64,000 bases of DNA from Vitrella brassicaformis CCMP3155 (taxonomy: Eukaryota; Protista; Chromerida), in NCBI GenBank assembly GCA_001179505.1, contig CDMY01000603.1, positions 248,001-312,000 on the forward strand, given 5' to 3'. A program made the translations under genes and the position numbers. The notes under the pieces are model-generated. The model was not told the DNA's origin and ran no database searches. It was given only the letters and a program-made list of their open reading frames with translations. This document shows positions 23,104 to 33,281 of the stretch, piece by piece (position 1 is the stretch's first letter; every line of letters starts with the position of its first letter).

Positions 23104-24309
23104 GCCTTTGCTCGCTGACTGACCATTTCCAGCGTCCAGTTCTCCCCCTTCATGGCTTCGATCTCCTCCAAGTTGCGGTAGGCCAGCCCCCCCACCGCCT
23201 CACCCAGCAAAGCCTGACACATCCCAATATCGACCAGGAAGTTCTCGGGCTCGCGCAGCCGGGGGCCCTTGAAGGTCATGTCCACCAGCAGCGTCGCGCC
23301 GTGCAGGTCCTCCGCCCCGTCGAGCCTCCGGGCTATCATGCACCGGTCCCTCACGGTGACAGAGAAGTGGCCGAGGTGTGCGGGGGGCGGGGCGGGGTCG
23401 GTGGGGCCCTCGAAGGAGCATGACGCGATGTCCGACTCGTGAACGATGATCTTGAGGCGTTTCTTGTTTTTCGGGGGGGATGGGGGAGTTTCTGCAGCTC
23501 CGTCTTCCAGGCGTTCCGGGCGAAAGTTCACTGCCATGTCTTCCCAGAGCTTGAAGGCGATCCACTCGATGGTCGTGTTGGCTCCCTGGGTCCAAGGGGA
23601 TGTGTCGAGGTTCTGTACACATGAACATGCAAACAACGGACAGAGATGACCCTACACTGTACATGTAGCACACGTGTCGCTGACCCACCTGATTTTCGAA
23701 GGGCTTCAGCGCGTCAATCAATGCCTTTGCAAGGTCCCTTTCGTCGAGATGATGGTAGAGCCACGCCTCCACCAGAATCGTGGCGCCGTGCATTCTCTGC
23801 GCCGGGCCGAATGACTTGCCGCGGAAAGAATGCGCCAGCATGGCCGTCTCACACACTCGGGCCGGGTCTCGCTCCTCATCCCATGGGTAAGCGGGCGAAT
23901 GTGCGAAGCCGTAAAAGGAATAAGAGTCACGCAGGCCGAGGCGCATGTCGTCCACCGGATCACCTGCCTCCACCTTCGACAGCAGGTACTTGCGGAAGGC
24001 GGGCAGATTGCCAGATAACTCTGTCGCGTGCTTGCACCACTCCTTGATGCGGCAGGCCTCTTTGAGCGCTGAGCTCTTCACCAGATGACCATCTGCTCGC
24101 AGCGTGGAGGACGTCACGGACGCGGTAAGCAGGTTAACCGCCCCGTGTAAGAAGCCGTAGAAGTCGCCCTGCAAGGCGTCGCCGTGAAGGGGCCTTCTGA
24201 TGGTCAGGGTGTAGGTGCTGAAGGCGCGGGAGAGTCCCCTGGACGCCACACATCTCGGACGAACCAGCGCCGTCATTCCGTGAGTCGGCGATGAGTCAAT
24301 CGGCTCCAT
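18701..24309 (-). CDS. Multidomain fusion enzyme (~1290 aa): 3x PTPS-like T-fold + HAD-like + class I SAM methyltransferase + MDR-family NAD-dependent dehydrogenase
   Basis: Exons 24309-23689, 23612-23124, 23010-22305, 22252-21903, 21814-21565, 21486-21289, 21225-21016, 20948-20848, 20744-20381, 20295-19943, and a last exon from 19837 (completed in the duplicate copy as 18919-18701). All phases match, total 3861 nt. Motifs: AHSFRGKSFGPAQRMHGAT, FSVTVRD, YLSAKKAID, VLDVGAG, SLISSGTE, VFGQGLIG, VVGSWY. Confidence 0.85.
18800..20331. other. Near-identical ~615 bp blocks (18800-19417 and 19718-20331) flanking a 300-N gap (19418-19717); probable uncollapsed haplotypes
   Basis: Both flanks contain the same two dehydrogenase exon segments. 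Differences are intronic indels/SNPs, one synonymous change (GCG/GCC) and one I/V change. The duplication starts and ends exactly at the gap edges. Confidence 0.85.
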
Positions 24310-24415
24310 TGCCGAGAGATTTGCCTCTGTTTTGCTACCACGAGGCGGGACGAACACATTCCGGACAGGTCTAAGGCAGATCTGCGCGTTTTGCCGCCTG
24401 CGGGGTTCCAAACCC

Positions 24416-24423
24416 TGCGAGCT
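24416..24423. promoter_or_regulatory. Candidate promoter motif TGCGAGCT/AGCTCGCA (other copies at 5045, 5073, 35703, 55296, 58497)
   Basis: Perfect 8-mer found in five separate head-to-head intergenic regions. Confidence 0.45.
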
Positions 24424-24453
24424 CAGACGTGCAGTAGGGAAGTGGCCGTCCCG

Positions 24454-26527
24454 ATGGCATCAGAAGTGAACGGGCATCCATCTTCGTCAGAAAACGGCGT
24501 TGGAGGCGGCGGCGAGGTATATCTGGTGACGGGAGGGAGCGGGCTGCTGGGCCAGGCGCTCAAACGGGTCGTCGAGGCCAGCGAGGGTGGCGCAGCAAAG
24601 GGCAGCAGCAAGTGGGTATTCCTGTCGAGCAAAGATGCCGACCTGCGGTGCGCGAAAGATCTGGCGAAAGAGATGAGATGAGATGAGATGAGAAGGAATG
24701 TCATCCACTGTTCTCTGTGTGTATGTGTGTGCAGAGACTATGAGTCGTCTCGTCGTTTGTTCGACAAGCATCGACCGACGCATGTGGTGCATCTGGCCGC
24801 CAAGGTTGGCGGCCTTTTCGCAAACATGGCAGACCAGGTCAGTGAGGTCAACCAATCAACTCAGCTCCACGCCAACCTTGCACAGGCTTGTGGTTGCCAT
24901 GTGTGTGTGCCAGGTGGGGTTCTTCCGGCAGAACATGCAGATGAATGACAACATCGTCTCACTCTGTCATGACTACAAAGTTAGCACACACGCACAAACA
25001 AACAGATATCCATCCCGTTATGGACGGGCGGATCGATGGATGGATTGCGTGTTGTGTGTGTCGTGTCGTGTCGTGTCAGGTGAAGCGTGCTATCTTCTGC
25101 CTGTCGACGTGCGTCTTCCCGCCATCAGCGCCCATGCCGCTCACCGAGGACTCGCTGCAGTCAGCACAGCACAGCACAGCACACACAGAGGGCTGGGTGT
25201 GGCATGTGATGGATGTGAAGGATGGGTGGTGTGCGTGTGGTTGACTGACTTGTGACTCAGTTCCGCCCCTCCCCACCCGTCCAATGAGGGCTATGCCAAT
25301 GCCAAACGGATGCTCGAGTGCCTCGCCAGGTCACACACAAAGAAAGATAAACACACCTGCCTGACTGCCTGCCACTTCCTCTCACACACGTGTTGCTGTG
25401 TTGCAGATATTACCGTCAGCAGTACAATGACGAATTCGTCTGCATCATCCCCACCAACCTATACGGACCCAACGACAACTTCAACCTCGAGGTGGCTGGG
25501 CCTCATGGCACTTAACGCCACGGGCGCTTAAGCCACCGCATGTTGTGTGTGTGTGCCGTGTGCCGTGTGTGTGTGTGTATGTAGGAGGCGCATGTGATCC
25601 CTGCGTTGATCCACAAGTGTTACCTGGCGCAGCAGGACAACCAGCCGTTCGTCGTGAGCGGATCGGGCAAACCGCTGCGGCAGTTCCTGTACTCGGACGA
25701 CTGTGCGGTGAGGGAGCCCATCCTTAGACACACAGTGACGGAGAGATGGTTCCTTTCGTGTGTGTCGTGTGTGCAGCGGATCATTTACGAGCTGCTGCGC
25801 ACAAGTTCCGAGAAACTCACCTTCAACTCCATGATGTGTGTCGGGGACACCGGTACGTCTGTCTGTCTGCATGGGCATGGCGCACGCACACCACGGACGG
25901 ACACGGCAACATGGGCAGCTCAGCTGTTTGTCTGTCTGTCTGTCTGTCTGTGTGTCTGCCACACACTTGTCCATCAGAGCATTCGATCAAGCAGGTGGCT
26001 GACGCCATCGTGTCGGCCATGGAGTTCAAGGGCGAGGTCAAGGTGAGCAAAGCGATACAACAGCATCGATTACACGGGCGGGCGGGCGGGCGGGCGGGTA
26101 TCCTCCACATCATCCTTTGTGTGTCTCCGTCCCTCACTCCCTCTCAGTACGACACGTCAAAAGCAGACGGCGTCTACAAGAAGGTACCTAGAAGCGGACC
26201 TGCCTACCTAACGAAAGAAAGACCGAGTCTGGACCCTTTTCTTCATGTATTTATTTGTCTGTGTGTGATTGGTGTGTCGGTCGGTCAATCAGACTGCGTC
26301 CAACGCTATCCTGCGGGGGTTCATGCCCAAGGACTTCACACCCATCCCGCTCGAGGAAGGTGCGCAACCGATAGACAGACGGCAATATCATATGATGGCC
26401 GGAGGGATGGGCACGCCGACCGGAACCACCTGTGTGTGTGTCGTGTGTGTCATGGCTGCTGTCTCTCTCAGGCATCCGCCGGGCAGTGGTGTGGTTCAAG
26501 GACAACTTCGACAAGGCCAGGAGGTAG
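24454..26527 (+). CDS. GFUS: GDP-L-fucose synthase (extended SDR epimerase/reductase), multi-exon
   Basis: [112 protein letters not shown]. Confidence 0.95.
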
Positions 26528-26986
26528 AGACGGTGGATGGATGGATGGATGGACGGAAGAATTCAGTCTCTCCCTACGGTCCGGCCCACGTGTGATTAGC
26601 CTCTCTGTGTGTAGCTTAGCTCCGGCCAGCCGGCCCGGCCTAGTAGTGGTGGAGTGTGTGTGCACGTGTGCCATGCAGCAATTACAAGGGAAAGGGAGAT
26701 GCCTAGCTAGGCAGATAGATAGGGCTGCCAGGGAGTAGGGAGGGAGGGAGAGAGGATGGCTCACCTATGCGTTAGTTTATCGGTATCGCTCACTGACTGA
26801 CTGACACGTGAGTAGAGAGAGGACCGACAGACAGACGATGGCTGCCGGTGGACTGGACACCACGAGAGAACAAATGAGTCAGTCAACCTCTAGCACGGGC
26901 CACACAGACGGTGTTAACACATCACACACAGAGGACACCTCTTCCACACGCACCAACCACACACACACCACCACACGCAGCGCACA

Positions 26987-29345
26987 TCATGGCCTCGTTG
27001 TCTTCTTGACGGCTTCGGCCACCTTGCTCCTGACCATCCTGAGGTTGGCAGGCTTGACACGCTGGTCGGGCAGCAGCTTGTCTGTCCCCTTGCTGGTGGC
27101 TTCCTGCCACCGGCGCAGAACCACCCCCAAAGACAAGATGGACTGACCCCTGAGATATGACACACATACACCAGGGAGGTGACTGGCGCCGCTTCTGCAC
27201 GCGTGTGTGTGTCGGTGGTTATCTGCTCACTTGGACTCTTCGGGCAGGCGATACTCATCAGGACACATGAGGCGGACCCACGCCTGGCCGACAGAACCAT
27301 GGTATGTACGGGTGAGTACGTCAGTCAGTGTCTCTCTCAATGGAATGTGACTAAGTAAGTCCTTCACCTGCTTGTCGAGATATCGTCTCAGAATGTTGTG
27401 CTGCAGCCGGCTCCGCAGTATCTCACCCATCGTGGGCTTCAATGGAATGGAAAGAACGAAAAGTGCGAGAGACGTCAATGAAGCCTCTCTCCCCCCCGGC
27501 TCACCTTGTCTCTCTGCGATGCCTGCTGCTGTGTCTCCTCCGCAACGCTTTGCACATCCGCCATGAGCCTGTCGGCCTCGTGCTTGGTCGGCCGGGGGTC
27601 GGGCGGTCTCCTGCCGCCATTCTTCTCAGCCTCTGCGGCGGCAACCTGGTCGGTGTAGGTGCTGCTGATGTCCTCCCTCCTCTCCCACTCCAATGAACGG
27701 GCGAGCCGGGAGTGCAAGAAGATGTCGATCAGGAGATCCTGTGCGGCCCACACACACACACACGCACACACGCACACACAGAGAGAGAGAGAGGCAGAGA
27801 TTCGTTGTGGGTGGATGGGCATCAGCCAGCTGGCGTACTACCTGCCAGTAGAGGCGCCCGATAGTCTGGTATTTCCTCGGCCCCGCCCATTCGCCATTTG
27901 GTGACTTTGTGACTTGGTAGCAGGGCGGGCAGCACCTGCACCGGGCGATGTGCTCGTTCTGCCGCAGCCACGTCTCATAGTAGGTGTAGTCATAGCGCAT
28001 TGGCGCCTCAGACCGCTGCGGCTCGCCGTAACGCACTGACCACCTTAGTCCCTTCTGATGATCACCCATTTCATCAACAAGCCCCTCGTGGTGGTGGTGG
28101 TGGTGGTCCTGCTGCTGCTGTGGCTGTGGCTGTTGTGCCTTTGCGGACTTCAGGCGAGACCAGCGTTGGTCGGTTTGCCGTTGCATGAAGAGACACGCTG
28201 TGTGTGGGCGGGAAGGTGCGGATGTCTGCTGGATTGCGAGTGGTGCCGGAGTGGTGCGTCTGGGTGAGGGGAGGGAGGGGGGGAACAGAGGCTCGTGGCT
28301 CTCGTCGTCTTGGAAGAGCGTCGTGTTGCCGGTGGTCAACCTGAGGGACTCGCGCGGTTCTCCTGCATAGTACTGCCAATACCTCATGCGCCGCTTCAAT
28401 CGCTGGTCCAGCGTGCCCTGCAGCACAGCACAGCATAGCACAGCACAGCACACACCTGTCTGTCGTCTCATGGTCTGATGCATACCAGAAACCCACCCAC
28501 CCACCCACCATCACGTCACGTCTGCAGCCTACCTTTCTTATCCTTCGGCTCGTCTTGTCCGCCCTCATCCTCTCCCTCGTCAGCCTCGACGCCTCCCGCC
28601 TCTTCACTCTCTCCTTCAACGCCTCCTCGCGAATGATCCGCTCCATCGCTGCGTCATCCACATGAGCCTGCTGCTGCTGGTGCTCTCTGTCGCTGTCTCC
28701 CGAAGAAGAGCGATCGTCTTCATCATCATCAGTGGTAGAGGGGCTGGTTGAGCTGACGGGCATGAGAAAGGTGTGGGCGTAGTGGCGCCGCGGGTGGGTG
28801 AACTTGTCGAAGTGCGCCAGGTGCTCGAGTGAGTGGAGGGGCGGGGGAGCGATGGGCCGTGGTTGTGGCTTCTGCGGCGGTGGCTGGGACACTGCAGCCG
28901 TTTCTTCGCCTTTCTCTCGCGTGCGGCCGGTGGGCATGGCTGCACACGTGGGCTTGACGGCTGATGGATGGCCGCAGCAGGGGGACGAAGAGAAGACGCG
29001 TGGGTGCAAGTATCCATCCATCCATCCATTCCTTACTTCCTTACCTTCTTTCTGTGTCTCGTCGTCAATATCATCCATTTTGCCCGTTTGTACTGTATGC
29101 GGCCCGACCACCTTCCCCCTGAACGCTCGTCTCGGCGCCGCCGCAGACTTCTTCGCAACACCGCCACTGATAACCTTCACCGCTTCCTTGTCCTTTGCGG
29201 CCGCCACTGGCTGCTTGCCCTTCATGGTCTTGCCTTTGTCTGTTTTCCTCTCTGTGGTCGGTGCCTTTGCGTCCGCCTGGTCCTCTTGGCGATCGATGGC
29301 TTGTCTCATGAGCAGCTGACGGAGGTGAGAGTTCTTGCGCGTTAG
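26987..29345 (-). CDS. Hypothetical multi-exon charged/low-complexity protein; may be the 3' part of the EF-hand gene
   Basis: Coding-like exons between GT-AG microsatellite introns (MLTRKNSHLRQLL.., IIREEALKERVKRRE.., EILRSRLQHNILRRYLDKQV..). Probable stop TGA at 26987-26989. Confidence 0.5.
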
Positions 29346-29419
29346 CATCTGGGGGAGTGAGAGGGACGGATGCACACATCTATCTTGTCAGCCAGAATCG
29401 CATTGCTCTGGTGTGTTGT

Positions 29420-29884
29420 CACCCACCCACCGGTTTGTGTCTCGGGCTTTGGGGAGGTGAGGGGTGGTGTACTGGGCATGTTGAGGAGGCCCGGCCGGTG
29501 GGAAGACTGGCACTCGGACGGAGAAAGAAATCGATCACGTCCTCCCCTGCACACAGACAGATGTCAGTCGTGCACACTGCACTGGTGTATGGATGTCTCG
29601 TGCTGCTTCCATTGCCGACGTACCGGTGATGAGCCCGTCCTGGTCGGTGTCGATGAGGTGGAAGAGGTGAAGGTAAAAGCGTCGCAGCGAGTCGGGGAGG
29701 TTTTTCCGCTGCTGGATCTTCTTGCGTATTGTGGTCCATGCGCTGTTGGCCTGCGCCTGCCGCACCCAGTGGAGCATCTCGTCTATCTCTTTCTTCGTCG
29801 CACCTGGATGCATCCACAGACAACACAGCACAGCACACAATAGTGTGTGGGTGTGCGTGGGTGTGAGTGAGTGGGAAACAGCCT

Positions 29885-29923
<39 letters not shown>

Positions 29924-32900
29924 ACTTGGGCATAGACAGCGGAGGTAGGATGAGAAGGTGAATCTGTTGTCCTGCAGCTCCTCTGCAAGTGCATCTGACG
30001 CAAAGATGAACGCCACTTGATCGGAATCAACACGCCGACCGATGTCCTGCAAGAAAGAAAGGCAAATCCGATATATCGATGGCCATCCGGCAAGCATTGC
30101 AATCATGGCATACAGAGTGCCCGCCCACAGGACTAACTCACCCCTGGCCGTCTGCCCCTGGTTTCGTGTGTGGCCAGTGCTCGGACAAGCTCGTCCATCC
30201 CAATGACGCCGTCCTTGTCGACATCCATGGCGCAGAAGCACTCGTACGCATAAAGGGTGTCCACCCTGCTCAGACGCATCTTACCCCCTCCACCGCTCTT
30301 GCGCATCTCACAGGGGTGCGAGGGAGGAAGGAAGGGAGACACACACGCACACACACGAGCACACGCCATCCGCACCAATAAATACCTCGATCGGCCCTGC
30401 CTGGTACACACACATACTGTCTGTCGTTTCTTGGAGGGTGCTGACGCGGCCTTCTTCGGCTGAGGTCGCTTGGCCAGAGGGTCGGCCCCGAGGTAGGTCC
30501 CGCACTTGGTGAAGACGCCGAACCGATGGTAGGTGCTGGGCGCTGATCACCAACAGACAGACAGACACCGACACTTCAGACATTCAATCTCCTATGGCTG
30601 GCTGCCCGGCGTGCCGTGCTTACGTACGTCGCTCGAATTGCCCCGCTGCGGGATCGACCCCGAGTGCGTGGACGTGCCTCTTGAGGTAGCGCTGCAAGTT
30701 GTCAAACCAGGGGCGATCAGTCGCAGCCTCAAGAGCCCTCGACACGTCCTGAGGCAGACAGACAGAGAAGGAGAGGGAGAGGGAGAGAGCCCCCAAAGTC
30801 ACCATGCATGGTACGTATACACTTGCATGTAGGATGGACCACCCCACCCGGAGCGATGACGAACACCGCCTTCTCTCTGCCCCTCCCTCTTGCTGCTGCT
30901 GCTGCCCCTGGTCGTCTGCATCGTATGTCTTCCTTGCCACATGGCCAATGAGGTCACTCGATCGCGGCGACAGCGATGCCGTCGCAACGGACTCGGCCTT
31001 TGTCTCCTCTCCAGCACTAATCTCATGTTCGTCGACCTTCACCCTGAGCTTCCTTTTCCTATGCGGAGCGGCGCCTTCTGACGGGTGTGGCGCTGTAGAC
31101 GGCCGCTGTGATGGCGGGAGGGGGAGAGAGGGTGACGGTGAGGGGCTGCTGGGGGCACAGGAAGCTGACGACTGCACACACAGACGAGAGAGGGATACAT
31201 GTGTGCATCAATGGGTGTGCTGTGTTGTTTGTGCTTTATCGGTTTCCCACCCCGGAGTAGGTCATCGAGAGGCTTGACTCCGACAGGAGTCTCATCCCAT
31301 GTGGCGAAGGGGCCATGGTGGTTGCCGTCACAGGACGGCTCACCCACGCACCGCCCACATCGAAATCCACACCCACGCTGGAGCTCGATGACGACGGACG
31401 CGACTGTGTCTGTGTCTGCGTCTCCTTCTTGCCCGCGGTGCTGGTGCGCGGCGTCCAGGACTTCAATCTCAGATACACACTCTGAGCGTCCCTCATTCTG
31501 CTCGCCTCTTCCTCGTTGCTGCCTTCGTCCTGCACGCCTCTCGACAGCGCCTCAGGGACGGATGTGAGGAACAAGGACGGCTGGCGGCTCTGTTGCTGGT
31601 CCTGTGGATCGTCCTGCTCCCGCTGCTCGCCATGTATGCCGAGGACGCTCACCGGCCGCACAGATCTGTCCGACCGCCTCTGGCGGTGTTGGAAGAGCTG
31701 AAGGGGGTCCCCCTCACGGCCCGTTGGGGTGGCCGGGACACTTCGGCATGTGGGTCCTGCTGCTGTCCGTGGGGGAAGGGGTGAGTGGAGTGCCACCATG
31801 GCGGGTGCATGTGGCTTATGTCTCATCAGTGAAGGGTCTTGCAGGAGGGCCGGCCAGTGCCGCAGCAGGACGTACTGGTCGTGCCTCGGCGTCATGGGAC
31901 AGTGGACCTGCAAAGGACGGACTGTGTGTAGATATCGATTCTTTGTGATTCTACTGACGTACCTTGAGAAAAGCCCGGATGTCGGGATCATCCTCCGCCC
32001 ATGTCTCAAAATCCCCCAGCGACACCGTGCCGCCTGCAAGTGGGCGAAGCAAGCATCCTCCTGTGGCCTTTGTCGTGTTTCCCGACATCTCACCATGTGT
32101 CCTGGAGCTGAGCATGGCGTTAAAGGCATCGCTGGCACACAGTTGAGCCTCCCATGGTGACGGCTGCGGCACCCCACAGTACCGACTCACACCTGATTGT
32201 GTGTGCATGACGACCAGGAGGTTGCTTACATCCATCCCACCTTATGTGTCCACTTTTCAGCTCACCTCTGAGGCAGCACTGTATGAGGCACTGTATCTCT
32301 TCAAAGGTCAGCTCGCCGCTTGTCGGCCACAGCCCCTCCCCCCCTTGTCCGTGCTCATCTTCGCCCTCCGCCCTTTTCGCCGCGTCGAAGAAGTCAAAGA
32401 GGAGCCGGAACTTGGCCTTGCGATGGGTCTTCGATAGCAAACACGACGTTAGAAAGACCTGTCATCACACACACCACAGAAAAACTTGAATGCCCTAACG
32501 AGGTTCGGCTTGATGCGTTGTCTTGCTCATGGCGCGCCCACCTCCCACGTGTCGACCATGTTTGGCTCTCTGTGTGGGGAAGACTGGGGCGCGTCTCGGG
32601 GAGAGGTCTGCAGTGATCTGGGTGAGGCGCCGCTGCCCCTTCTGCCATCGGGAGTGGCGAATAAAGAGAACAGTGGCCGCCACTCACTCCCAGCTGCCTT
32701 TCGTGGCGACACACTACTGTCATGTTTGCCACTGCTGCCGGGGCGGAGGGCGAGATTGAGGACCTGCTGGAAGAGCCGAAGGTTGCAGTATCGCATATGG
32801 CAGAGCTGAATCAGTGCCAAGCTGAAGGAGCAGATGGCATCGAGTGCCAGGTTGGTGATGGGGGACGTTGCGGGCGTCGGCTCGCGGGGCTGCAGCACCT

Positions 32901-32937
32901 GCGGGCCTAGGGGGAAGGCGCTGCCACTGTTGCCCAT
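29420..32937 (-). CDS. N-myristoylated EF-hand calcium-binding protein with long disordered linkers
   Basis: Starts MGNSGS (G2, S6). EF loops DVDKDGVIGMDE (~30200) and DTDQDGLITGED (~29640, split by an intron), plus a degenerate EF-like KFRLLFDFFD..GELTFEE (~32400-32300). 3' end uncertain. Confidence 0.6.
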
Positions 32938-33281
32938 TGCAAGAACTCCTTTGAGGCGTGTTTGAGGCAAGTTCTCCCTTCGGTTCTCTCACTTGGCCCC
33001 AGAGGGCGGCCCCCGCATGAGGAGCCATCATTCGGTGTTGCCGTATGCAAGCAAAAGCATGGGAGTTCGAGCAGTCACCACGGACGGTCAAAAGTGCAGA
33101 AGACGGCCTACGATAGACAGACAACCGCATGCAGACGACTCTGGTCCGGCCAGCCAGCCGGCCACGCAGTGAGTGAGGGAGCGAATCAAAAGCGAGAGGT
33201 CCGCTGGAAGGCGTGGGGTGACTCGGACCTGCAGGACATGCATGAAGGCCACAACAAACAAACAATGACACACGTCATCCA

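Noticed and set aside
16865-24309. Bacterial contamination as the source of the PTPS/methyltransferase/dehydrogenase and PGS1 sequences
   Set aside because: The fusion gene has ten spliceosomal introns with the same microsatellite style as neighbouring host genes, and PGS1 is the eukaryotic PLD-type enzyme.
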